Below, piece after piece: positions 1 through 11,082 of a stretch of DNA of 64,000 nt. Source of the stretch: Camelus dromedarius (Eukaryota). Numbering within the stretch: the stretch's first letter is position 1; each line of letters begins with the position of its first letter. The stretch is from contig NC_087436.1 in the NCBI RefSeq assembly GCF_036321535.1, positions 82,276,001 through 82,340,000 on the forward strand, read 5' to 3'. The translations under genes and the position numbers were made by a program. Under the pieces are notes generated by a model, which was not told the origin of the DNA, ran no database searches, and worked only from the letters and a program-made list of their open reading frames with translations.

Positions 1-1273
1 CTAACGGCCCTTTCCGAAATCCATCCTCTCAGGGTTGTAGTGCAGGCCTGCTTCCATGCCAGCTGGCAGACGCCCCCGGAGTGCTGCTCTGGGGGTTCCT
101 CGGGGACTGTTCCCACAGGAGTCCAGAGGGTTCCAAGGGCAGAGTGTGCTGGAATACTAACCTTGGCCCATGGGCTTGAACTCTGGCAGGCGGGCCCAGG
201 CCACAAAAGGGGATTTTTGCCTAATTGATTCAATGGCTTACTTTCTGCCAGCTTACAGACTATTATCAGCATGTCAATAGAAAGCATGTTTTTCCAGTAA
301 CAGAGTGGTTAAAGCTAGCATGGAAGCTCATGTGTGGGGATTCTTGGTTTTGGGCTGTTCTTTTGAGTCACCGAGCAGCACAAGCCGGAGGTAAAACCAG
401 TCGGGGAGGTTTGACTCACTGGGAGCCTTACTTTCATGCGCGGTTAGTAAGGTCCGCCACTGTGGTTTCCAGTCATAACTAGCATGTCCGAAGCAGCATG
501 AAGATACACAAACAAAAATTAACTCTCCTTCCACCTCTGGAGTTTGGTGTTGTGTTTAGGAAGTAACCTTCTGCATTGAACATAAATGCTTAGCTTTGTC
601 TTGGGGACTTAGTCCTACAAGTCATTAACAGCTGGAAAATGCCCTCCTTTTAAGAAAGTTTATGTTGCAGTTTCATGTACAAGTTATACCTGTCTGGATA
701 TTTTAGCAAATTCTGTGACTTTTCCCAGAGATAAATTGCCCATCCTCTTGCAGTGTTTGCTGGGCCAGCCGTGTGTCCTTTAATCTAAAGCTCCAGAGAA
801 TTCCATGGTGGCAGAGCCTCTCGGGCACCCTGGCTGTAGTGACGAGGAGGGTATCCCTGGTAGTAGAGTTCTATTTGAACCCAGTCATTTCCAGTGTATT
901 CTGTTTTCTCTGCCAACCTCTTGAGTGCCGGTCGAGCATTACTATTATGAATCGTTGAAAGTTACGCGCCGGGCAAAGCCCCAGCAGGCCCCTCCTGGCC
1001 TGCGCCCCGGGGCTCTGCTGCTGGGCCGCGCCCGCTGCCACTCGAGACTCGTCTCCGTGCGGCCTCCTGTCGTGCTCCCGCTGTGCCTGTGGGTGTGCTG
1101 TCACATTCCGCGCTATCTCCTCCGTAGGTCCCTCAAGGTCCTTTTACCTCAGTTCTCTGTAATGAATGGTTATATTTCTGAACAGCCTGTACATTTAAGA
1201 ATTGTTTCTTTGCATAGGCTCATTGGAAGTTCAAGGTCCATTTTGCAGATGACCTCTAGAAAAGGGTGTAAAA

Positions 1274-1508
1274 CTGCGCTGTCCAATAGAAATACAATGT
1301 GAGCCACATTTGTAATTCAAAATTTTCTAGTAGCCATATAAAAAATATTAAAAGGGGGAAAAAAACCCAAGAGAAATAATTTAGACAGTTTAATGATTAC
1401 ATTCTCCTTTTTTGCACAAAGTCTCTGATGTCACTTGTCCCTGGACTAGCCACGTTCAGGTGCTCCCCAGGTGCCCGGCTCTGGGATGGAGCATGCAGGG
1501 CAGTGCAG
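1274..1508 (+). mobile_element. MER33-like hAT DNA transposon relic, internally deleted
   Basis: GCGCTGTCCAATAGAAATACAATGTGAGCCACAT...TTTCTAGTAGCCA at 5' end; GGACTAGCCAC...GGGCAGTGCAG at 3' end. Confidence 0.55.
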
Positions 1509-2029
1509 AAATGGCCTCTAGTGGGTATAAGCCTTCCCTTGGATTGAATTTCTCTACCCATATTTTCCCTAAATGTTCTCACCTGTGTGCGCACTGAGAG
1601 AGTAAAAGCAGGTATCCTTATAAGTCAGTTTGACTGGTCCATTTTGAGACGAGAGAGAAATGGTTTCCACAGGAGGCTGGGTGGAGGCACACACCGGGCA
1701 CACTTGTTTGCAGGATGCTGGGGGGAAGGAAGGGCGTGTCTGTGCTGTTTCCCCTCCTATTGAGTGGGGCCAGGCTGCTTATTAGCGCCTGGGGAGAGCT
1801 TGAGCCTACTCGTCTTAATTTATTCATTTTTCTTGGAGAAATTTGGAGAAAGAAGGAGAGACTGGTGAAAATGGGGCCCCCCACAATCTCATCACTTGCA
1901 TGTTTTTCCCTTTAAGGCTCTAAGAGAGGGTTTCAGGTTTGGGGGGGATTGTCCTAGATTGGCTGGCGGTGTCCCAGATTTCTCTCTCTCTCTCCCTCCC
2001 CCAACTCCCCAACAGTCAGAGGAATTTAG

Positions 2030-2225
2030 TTTTTTTTTTTTTTTTTGTATTCTTTTTTATTGAAGTATAGTCACTTTACAACGTTGCCTCAATTCGTGGT
2101 GTACAATATAATATTTCAGTCATACATATACATACATATATTCTTTTTCATAGTTTTTTTTAGTATAGGTTACTATAAGACATTGAATATAGTTCTCTGC
2201 ACCATACAGTATAAACTTGTTTGTT
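2030..2225 (-). mobile_element. L1 3'-end fragment, cetartiodactyl type
   Basis: Poly-T then TTTTATTGAAGTATAG...TTGAATATAGTTCTCTGCACCATACAG. Confidence 0.7.
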
Positions 2226-2227
2226 TT

Positions 2228-2258
<31 letters not shown>

Positions 2259-2274
2259 TTTTAAAAGATTGACC

Positions 2275-2356
2275 TTTATTAAAAAATTTTTTTAAATGGA
2301 GGTACTGGGGATTGAACCCAGAACTTCTGCTCTACAACTGAGCTGTACCCTGCCCC
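2275..2356 (-). mobile_element. Vic-1-like tRNA-derived SINE, internally deleted
   Basis: ATGGAGGTACTGGGGATTGAACCCAG...ACTGAGCTGTACCC; same family as 3922, 42165, 52314, 53225. Confidence 0.75.
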
Positions 2357-2775
2357 CTCTCCTCCCTGCCCCAGGAGTTTAGTTCCAAATGCACCTGAGT
2401 TGATTGAAGGACTCTCACCCATCACTTCACTGTCCTTGCTGGAGAGCTGGTGGCTCCTCCTTCCCACGGTGCTAATACATGAGCCCAGACCAGGAGGGAG
2501 TCTGTAAATTTGGTATATGTGTTGTCGTGGGAAAACTTAGCTGTTTGCATCCTGGGTATGAAGGACAGTCCTTCTTCATGCAGAAATCTTCTCAGTATAA
2601 GTCATGTCAAATCTGGATGGTCTGACCCCCCCCAAATACACACACATACACAGACACACACAGTAGGTACTTACCTAAATGTTTCCAAAAGTCTAACTGT
2701 CTTTGCTGTATATTTTTCTCTTTTGTCTGCACAGTTATGTTTGTAACAGTTTACTCTGTTATACTACACTGATAG

Positions 2776-2879
2776 GGTGAAGCAGAAAGAGACCACGATA
2801 GCAAGAAAGTCAAACTGGAGAAGGACGTCAAATCACAGTCATCGTCTTCATCCTCCCACAAAGATTCTTCTAAATCAAA
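2776..2879 (+). CDS. AFF1: AFF1 (AF4/FMR2 family member 1) internal coding exon, 104 nt
   Basis: AG at 2774-2775, GTGAGT donor at 2880; translates GEAERDHDSKKVKLEKDVKSQSSSSSSHKDSSKS(K), matching recalled AFF1; phase 0 to 2; absent from ORF track. Confidence 0.93.
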
Positions 2880-3508
2880 GTGAGTATAGAGATTAGGAAT
2901 AGTCTAGAAAGCTGCTCAAATCTTCCTGGATCTTGACATGGCGAAAATATTTTTCTTCCACAGTAGAATGAGAAAATAATAAACCCCTTCGGGCTCATTT
3001 TGTTTTGTGTTACTTTCCTCCATGAGGACCTTAGAGGAATTGACAGTTGATTTGGCAGCAAACTTAGATTTATCAAAAGCACAAAAGACTTGGCAAAAAC
3101 AAGTGAGTGGTGTCACCATGTAGGGGCCAACAGACTTGAGAGAGAGCCAGATGTGCAGGGTCAGAGAGCAGGTGGCACCCAGGCCTGCCTGCCTGCCTGT
3201 CAGAGAAAGGTACAGGTTGGGCAGCAACTATTGCAGACCAGGTCGGGTAGGTCAGGGTAAGACTGCTGGCAGACTCTGCAGGCTTAGGGACAAATTACAC
3301 GACTTCATTCATTACTCATAGTTACAACTAGATTTTCCAAAGGCATCAAAAAAGGACTCTGAGTTGGACCTTTCTACAAAAATGGATTTCATGCTCTGTG
3401 ATATCTTAATCTTTTATGTCAACAGCCATTTTGTCCTTATCGCTCAACACCTAAATCAGCCAGTTCATGCTCTGCTTTAACCTAGTTTTGTATGGTGTTT
3501 CATTCCAG

Positions 3509-3761
3509 AACTCCAAGGCCCTCCTCTGAGCCCTCAAAGAAGGAAATGCTTCCCCCTTCACTCGTGTCGTCCTCGTCCTCATCCTCGTCTTCCCAGAAGC
3601 CAGCCAAGTCTGCCCCAAAGAGGCCACGGCAGGAAGCAGACTCCTGTGGGCAGGACGCTCCCAAAAGTGCCAGTAGTACCAAGGGCAACCACAAAGACAC
3701 TTCTGTTTCCAAGCACAGAAAAGCAGAGGGGAAGGGCTCTGGAAGCTCTGCAGAGCACAGA
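3509..3761 (+). CDS. AFF1: AFF1 coding exon, 253 nt
   Basis: TTCCAG acceptor, GTAAGG donor; TPRPSSEPSKKEMLPP...GQDAPKSASSTK...SSAEHR; phase 2 to 0. Confidence 0.95.
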
Positions 3762-3921
3762 GTAAGGCGGGGAGGCGGTGCTGTGTGGGCCGGAACATAG
3801 AGGTGTAGCTTTACTCCAAACGCCCAGATAAGAGAAGTTGCTAGTGGTGGTATATTTCAGAGCTGTCCATCACTTTTAACAAAGTAGTGAGGAGTTATTT
3901 TTGTTTTAAGATCTATTTTTT

Positions 3922-4065
3922 GAGGGAGAGGGTACAGCTCAGTGGTAGAGTGCATGCCTTGCATGCACAAGGTCCTGGGTTCAACCCCCAGTACCTCCAT
4001 TAAAATAACTAAGTAAAAACCTAATTGCCTCCCCTGCCATAAAAAATAAAAAAATAATTTTTTAA
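3922..4065 (+). mobile_element. Vic-1-like tRNA-Ala-derived SINE
   Basis: A box (AGCTCAGTGG), B box (GGTTCAACCCC), A-rich tail; degenerate TSD aagatctatttttt / aaaatctactttttt. Confidence 0.85.
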
Positions 4066-4636
4066 AAAATCTACTTTTTTGTAGGGAGAGTAAAAGATAG
4101 TTAATATTACATGAAAATTTAGATGTCAGTTTATTCTCAAAGTGGTTTGGGGTGAAAAATCAGAATACATTTTTGTGTTAATTTTTCATCAGGTATTTTG
4201 CAGTTAAAAAAAAATCGTTTACCCTGGTTAGTTCTTGGTTTGGATGTTTGATTTCAAATACTTTCATTATTGGTTATAATGGGAAAAAATTTATCTGCTT
4301 TCTCAAATGCAAATTCTTCTCTTCTTGTTAAACTGGGGTAGATGAGTGTGTGTGTGCGCGAGCGCGTGTGTTACCTAAGAGAAAATACTAGATTTGGCTT
4401 TGTTGATAATCTGTTCTCTAGGACATGCCCGTCTTACAGCTTTTTTTGTGTCCCAAATACGATCAAAAACTACAGTTTCAGTTGAATCTAGCTGAGAAAG
4501 CTCTTGGCCACGCTGAAGTGTGCAGTGTTTGATTTCCTCTTTTTTGAACTAGTATTTTGGGCTAATTTAGAGGGATGGTACATTTAGGTCAGTGATCTTA
4601 AATGTTAGAGTGTGATCTGTATAATGATTTCTTAAG

Positions 4637-4728
4637 GGATCTTCTGGAGATACTGCAAATCGTTTTCCAGTGCCTTCTTTGCCAAATGGTAACTCCAAAC
4701 CAGGGAAGCCTCACATGAAGCCTGACAA
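4637..4728 (+). CDS. AFF1: AFF1 coding exon, 92 nt
   Basis: TTAAG acceptor, GTAAGG donor; GSSGDTANRFPVPSLPNGNSKPGKPHMKPD(K); phase 0 to 2. Confidence 0.94.
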
Positions 4729-4909
4729 GTAAGGCTTTGGATGGATGCTGCTGCTTCTCTCTCCTCCCACTCCCTTCCCCCCGCCCTCCCTCCTCTCTGC
4801 CCTCCCTCTCCTCCCATCCTGTTCACCCTCTAGTCTTCTTAAGTCGTCTTGCCCAAGTCCAGTCATTTTAAGTTCCTTTGACTCACCCCGATCTTCTCTT
4901 CTCTTTCAG

Positions 4910-4970
4910 ACAACAGGCAGATTTTCACATGAAGGAGGCCAAGAGGTTGAAGGACAAAGCAGAATTAATG
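4910..4970 (+). CDS. AFF1: AFF1 coding exon, 61 nt (start of C-terminal homology domain)
   Basis: Pyrimidine tract + CAG, GTCAGT donor; QQADFHMKEAKRLKDKAELM; phase 2 to 0. Confidence 0.95.
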
Positions 4971-7591
4971 GTCAGTCTTGACTTATTCTTGGGGATTCCA
5001 TATTGCCAAGCCTGGTGCGGGGTGGGAGGGGGGACTGCGGGGCTGGGCACTGGCCACGGCCCCCACAGGAGCTGTGGCATCTAATGAGTTGAGGGTCAAG
5101 GGGTTCCTGGAGAATGAAATTACTTTTACTTTGTTGATTCAGGCTGATCATGGGCAGATGTACAAACTGCTAGTCACAAGTTTTATGTCTAGATGATTGA
5201 AAGTTGACCTGCCTGGTTAGTGTTTTATTTAATATACATGAGGGCTTCCTTGTCTCCCTGAATCAATTCCTTGGATGTGAAAAACAACTCTTCGCTTACT
5301 GAAAGCTTGTCAGTTTGTGTTTATCCTGAAACATTTCAAAAAGTGAGGTAGCCTGTTTGCATTCCAAAGTTATCTTAAAGCCCTTGAGAGCCTAACAGTG
5401 AAGTTAGTCAGTAGACCAGTGCCATCAGATAAAACTTTAAGGTGAAGGTAATGATTGCACTGTTGGTAAACATACTTTAAAGAAGTGAACTCTCTTTAAC
5501 TGGTGGCTGTTGGACTTTCTGGAAGGTGGTAGTTTATGTTAATTGCATACATAATTAAATAATGCTTTTACTTCCCTGCTGCAGTATAATTAGATAAGGT
5601 TTGCCCTTTGTCATATTTAAACATCTAAGACACTGGGGCTTTTATTTACTTAGTGTATTCCCCAGATATGTTGAAGTTTGTGCCACAGGATAACGGTAGA
5701 GGCTGCCTTGATCCTGCCATGTGCACAGCTAACCACAGGGTCTGGAGGTCCACAGGAATTGAGTCAGATCCGTCCACAGTGGCCGTCAGACTCCCTGCCC
5801 AGTGTCCTTCATCCCGACTCTGTAGACTCACATCTGTTCTCATGCTAGGGAGGGCTGGGCCGAGACACTTTCATCAGGTCCCCATTCATCAGATAAAATG
5901 TTGATTGAGTCCCTATCATGCTGGATGCTGTGAGGGGGACAGAGACAAATTAGACACTATGTCTAAAGTGACCTTCTGCCGGGATGACCTGAGTCACATT
6001 AAGCCTCCTGCAACCAACCCCACAGTGGTGTCTTCCCAGCCTCTTCCTTTCACTTTCCACGGCTGTTGCTAGAACTACACGAATTTTTGAGTTTTGAAGA
6101 AGTGCAAATATTCAGTAAACTAAAACTTGTCTTGGTCAGCCAGTGACCTAATACTTACCTTGACACTGGACACTTTCAGCACTAGGTTTCCTCATTATTC
6201 AAACAAAATTAATACTGCAGGGAACTTCATTCTGGCTTTGCTTTTAATCTGTACACATGTGCATCTTCTTCTCCCTTCCTGTACCTGCTGCTTCCCATTC
6301 TAATAAGTAATACTAGCTCATTCCACTCTCAAAATACGCCAGTTTGGACAGAAACCTGAATGGCCAGCCTCTTTGTCACGTTCTCCTTTAGCTGTTCAAC
6401 GTCCCAAAGTTGTCCATCTTGCACTGCAAATAGTTAAGCGCATAACTGAACGTAGAGGATGTATTTCTTCTGTTCTTATTTTACCTACTGTTGAGTAAGG
6501 AAATTAGAACTCTGTGACCTTAACCCTGTCTCAGGAGATACATAGTAACTTATTAACCTTACAGAATACTTAAGAAAGTAGACACTGGCCAATTGCTGTA
6601 CTATGGTTTGTTTTATTTCTACCCTAATGCCAATATGAATTTTAGACAGTCCATGAAAGGAGATGGTATTGAATGAGTAAGTCTGAAGAGTTAAATTCCC
6701 ACCAGCGAAGCAAACCACTAAGGCCCTGTACTGTTGATTAATTGGGCATGCTGATTTGATTTTTATTGTCACTAATTTTCTGAGCCTGGTTTCTCTAGAA
6801 GACATATTTTTAAATCAAGTTATGTTTAAAAATTAAAACTAGCAGCCCTAAGCCGTCTTTCTTTGCTAATATGCCACCATCTCCTTATACTCCACTTGCA
6901 CCTTTCCTGTTTTCATTCTTTCTTTTTGAATGTATCAAATGAGAGGTGTCAGCAGAAACCTCAGCCTTGCGAATGCCGTGTTGATCAGTTGCTCTTACAG
7001 CGTGTGGTGCACGGGCCAAGTCGGGGGGGTGCTGGGTGAGCTGAATGCCACCAAGTGAGGAGAGCTTTAAGTAACAAACTGTGTATTCAGGTTTTGGTAA
7101 CCACCAATATCTGATTTCATTCAAATTTCTACTTTTGCATTAAGGGACTCTGAACTTTTCCCCGTTAGCCCAGGGGATAGCCTTGTGCCCTGAACCCAGA
7201 CTTCCCAAGGAGATGATCTGCTGGGTTCTCAAATACATAAAAAAATTGTTGTTCAATATGACATCTAAGATGCTTAAACCATAATATTTTCTCCTTATTG
7301 TAAGATAAACTTCAGCCCATACAAAGAAACTGTCTGCATTATTCTGGATGTGTAGAATAATCTGTTTCTCAGGAAAATTACATAATGAGTAACTGCACAT
7401 TAGTAACACGAGGAAATTTTCAGCAGGTCAGAGCTGACGGGCTTCGGTTACCATTTTGTGTTTGTTTGCTCTCATACTTCTCTCTAGCCACAATTAAAGT
7501 CAGACGGTGGAGGGGAGTTACTGTAAAGAATGTGTGTGAGAAACTAGAAGTCTGTTTTAGGCTTAACAATGACCGTGTTCTTCGCCCACAG

Positions 7592-7728
7592 ACGGACAAG
7601 GTTGGGAAGGCGTTTAAGTACCTGGAAGCCGCCTTGTCCTTCATTGAGTGTGGGATCGCCATGGAGTTGGAGGGCCCAGCGTCCAGGTCAGCTTATTCCA
7701 TCTACTCCGAAACCGTAGACCTCATTAA
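7592..7728 (+). CDS. AFF1: AFF1 coding exon, 137 nt
   Basis: CACAG acceptor, GTAAGT donor; [45 protein letters not shown](K). Confidence 0.96.
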
Positions 7729-8327
7729 GTAAGTGCCCAGTCATTTTGCCTTCCTCTTAAGTGCTTCTGTCCTCACCTTTATTGCTTTAATCCTTTTGAA
7801 CTTTAGTAGGAAGACAGCTTAACAAAGGGGAGCCTTTAAAAAGTTACTGATCCAGGAAAATTTTTTTTTTTTTATCGTAAAGTTAAATGTATTCTAGACG
7901 ATGTGCTGGAACAGAGTAACTGGGTCTGGCTACCTTGTTTTGCCAAGTGCACAGTGAGATGCCAAACCCTTCAGGGAGAGGGTTGGTTTTTCCAGTTTGG
8001 CTTTCTGATCAGGTGCTCTCTCGTCTCGGTTGAAACTCTCCGTGTTTATTACCTGCACGTCAGCAGGGGGCTCTGTAAGGGCACAGGCTGCTGCTTGGTT
8101 TCAAGCAGGTGCGCAGGTCAGAGAAGAGGCGTGTCTTCGCCTGATTTTCTGAATGGCTTGAATCGTTGCTCTAAAGCCTCATTTTCCCTCTGCGTTGCTG
8201 TCATGCCTTCACATCTTCAGGAAAAATCAATACAAAACCAAGACAAACATAATAAGGTGTCTCTGTGTCTGGGGTTTTCTTGATGCCTTTTTTTTTTAAC
8301 CTCATACAATTTTATATTTTCCTGTAG

Positions 8328-8399
8328 GTTCATAATGTCATTAAAATCCTTCTCAGATGCCACAACACCAACACAAGAGAAAATATTTGCTGTTTTATG
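8328..8399 (+). CDS. AFF1: AFF1 coding exon, 72 nt
   Basis: TGTAG acceptor, GTGTGT donor; FIMSLKSFSDATTPTQEKIFAVL(C); phase 2 to 2. Confidence 0.94.
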
Positions 8400-8845
8400 G
8401 TGTGTACTTTCCCCCTTTATCTGAATAGTATTACAGTTGCTTTTGCATCTTTCGATATTACAAAGAGATTCTGGTATCTGTTTTCTTAAAGTGAAAATTA
8501 TCATGAAAGGCAGATCAGTACCAGAAAGTGGCAGGATGTATGGTCAAGGGGTTAATCCCACTGATAATTATTGTGAAACGGCGTCTACTGCCATGTAACT
8601 GACGACTCAGGACCTTTAGGCTTGTGACTTCAATTATATTTGTATATATTTGTGTTTTTTCACCAATATTTACTCTGATGATAATGTGAACGGTGCAGTG
8701 AGAGTCTTGAGATTCTCTTGCTCGTGTTGATGGTGAAAAGCCCAGTGTGCTCGCTGGGGTGGAAGGAGTCAAGCCTGCCTTTCTGTAGTACAGATGCTCG
8801 TGTCTGCGAGGTCATACTTTACTTCACCCTGTTTTATGTTCATAG

Positions 8846-8986
8846 CATGCGTTGCCAGTCCATTTTGAACATGGCCATGTTCCGTTGTAAAAAAGATACA
8901 GCAATAAAGTATTCCCGCACTCTCAACGAACACTTCGTCAAGACTTCCTCCAAAGTCACTCAGGCACCTTCGCCATGTGTTGCAAG
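8846..8986 (+). CDS. AFF1: AFF1 coding exon, 141 nt
   Basis: CATAG acceptor, GTAATT donor; MRCQSILNMAMFRCKKDTAIKYSRTLNEHFVKTSSKVTQAPSPCVA. Confidence 0.95.
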
Positions 8987-9541
8987 GTAATTGTCAGTCT
9001 GATTTAAATAACTTCCGAAATGATTTCTTTCTTTTTTACCTTTTGCTGTGACTTAAACTTTTCAAAAAATTATATATATATATCTATGTGCTGATTTGCT
9101 CCTTCAGCTTAAATCACTGGCATATTTCTGCCTTTTTGAGGAATAGTTGTAAATCAAGGTGTTTGCTGGTTGGGCAACATAAAATGGTACTTGCAAAGAA
9201 CACAGAGTTCAAACTTTAGAGCTCTGAGGGGGAGGATATGTGGAAGTGCCTAACAGCACAGAACAGACAGAGCCAGCAGGACCAGAGCCACAGTCCTTCT
9301 TCTCCACAACAGATTGTCTGGGTATTTCAGTAAACAAGCACTGTCCCGAACCACATGCCTTCCACCTTCTCCAGGGTCTGTAGCAGCGACGTTAGAATGA
9401 GAACAGTTAGGTCTGGCTCAGTTCTTTCCCCCACTTTGTGAACTGAAATTGCTCACATATTCCATAAGATATTGAAAAACCAGAATCCTTCTGTGGGTGT
9501 TTTTAAGATGAAGATAGAATTTTCTTTTTAGTACTTGCCTA

Positions 9542-9543
<2 letters not shown>

Positions 9544-9586
<43 letters not shown>
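9544..9586. repeat. (TG)~21 microsatellite
   Basis: Perfect dinucleotide run. Confidence 0.97.
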
Positions 9587-9588
<2 letters not shown>

Positions 9589-10169
9589 ACATTCTTTTAA
9601 TTTGGTCGTGCTCCTTAAAAAGCTCCTGGTTCTGATAGGTTTTGCTATTTTAAGACTATCACCTAAAGAATGACCCCATTTCCAGCACATTACAAAGAAG
9701 AGATTCCCATATGACCTCTCTTAAAAACAGAAAGTCCTGATTGAGAGGTAGCTTCTTTACCTCTGAGAATTTTCATGACTCCCACCTCTGAGATGCTGTT
9801 CTGCGTTAATAGGTTGTCAGTCACGTGGTTTTTGGTAACTCCTTCACCAGTCGTCCAGCCTGTGTGTACTGAGCACCTTCCTTGTTTTTGGTGCAGAGGC
9901 GCAGCAGTAAACAGCGCCTTTGGGGAGCTTCTGCTTCTAGTCTTTGAACATGTACGTCCTGCTGGGGACACTTAGGACCCGTGCAGCCCAGGGCAGATGT
10001 AACTACCTCGTGGGCCACTGCTGCACACCCACCTTCCCATTCTCTGTCAGCTCTGAGATGTCGGAGTGACTTTGCCTGCGTTTCTTGTTTGATCTGCATC
10101 AAGGCACTTGTTCACTTGTACAGTCAGGAGGAGAGCAGAGGACATACTGAGCCACTGATGCGGAGGGCG

Positions 10170-10450
10170 GGCTTGCCCAGTGTTTATCAGGAGCCCCCTG
10201 TTAGCACCTGCTGTGCTAAGTGCTGGAAATGCAGAGATTAATAAGGAATGATCCCTGCCTTCCAGGTGCTTGTGAGGCAGGAAAAGGAATAGACAGAAAA
10301 GCATCACGGGCTGTGATAAATGCAGAGAGATAGGTTCAGGTGGTGGCAGAAAGGAAGCTAGGATGTAGCCCCAGTGTGTGGAAGAGTGTCGGGTGCAGAG
10401 GAGGCACTCAGTAACGTGTACTGAGCGGATGAAAGAATGAATACATAGGA
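10170..10450 (-). mobile_element. L2 3'-end fragments
   Basis: CTGTGCTAAGTGCTGGAAATGCAGAGAT...CCCTGCCTTC motif; a short opposite-orientation L2 tail near 10400-10445. Confidence 0.5.
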
Positions 10451-10858
10451 GACTAGGACCATCTTCCCGGGAAGTATTGTCTTACTAGGAGAATTTGGAT
10501 CAGGGATGAAGAGAGAGGGATTCTAGGCCGATGGAAAGCATATGTAAAGGGCGTGGGAAATACACTTGGAATACAGACTTGTCCACCTGATTCTACGCCC
10601 GGTGAAGGACGCCTCACCTCTACCCAGTTACTTTTTCCGTTCAGAGGACCCCGTCCCACTGTGTTTTATGAAGTAAATTTCCAGAATACTGAAGGGGAAG
10701 TGTGCCTCTTTGTCCTTGTAGAAGTGGTTTTAGAAGTGATTGTCATTTTGGCAAGAACACACTAAAACTTTGTGACTTGAGCTGCGCGGGTCCCAGAGAC
10801 AGGAATTCTGTAATGTGGGAGTTTAGGTGATGAACTGGTTCTTTTCTTCTGCTTCCAG

Positions 10859-11082
10859 AAGCACAGGCACGCCATCCCCCCTCTCTCCAATGCCTTCTCC
10901 AGCTGGCTGCGGAGGCTCCCAGCCCAGCGCTGGCAGCGCGGGGAGCAGTGGGCTGCCTCCCGCCATCAGTACCCCCGTCTCCATCCAGAACATGACCTCC
11001 TCCTACGTCACCATCACTTCCCACGTCCTTACTGCCTTTGACCTTTGGGAACAGGCTGAGGTCCTCACGCAGAAGAATAAAG
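10859..11082 (+). CDS. AFF1: AFF1 penultimate exon, 224 nt (221 nt with distal NAGNAG acceptor)
   Basis: CAGAAG acceptor, GTAGAG donor; STGTPSPLSPMPSPA...IQNMTSSYVTITSHVLTAFDLWEQAEVLTQKNK. Confidence 0.95.

Noticed and set aside
925..1302. 125-aa ORF in the CpG-rich patch
   Set aside because: No recognisable homology, non-ATG start, ends inside MER33; explained by stop depletion in GC-rich DNA
3451..3798. Antisense ORFs over the AFF1 exon, including an acidic EDEDEDEDD run
   Set aside because: Reverse complement of the Ser-rich codons; no independent support
3922..3998. tRNA-Ala-like genes (also 42165, 52314, 53285)
   Set aside because: SINE bodies with TSDs, tails and broken acceptor stems; not functional tRNAs
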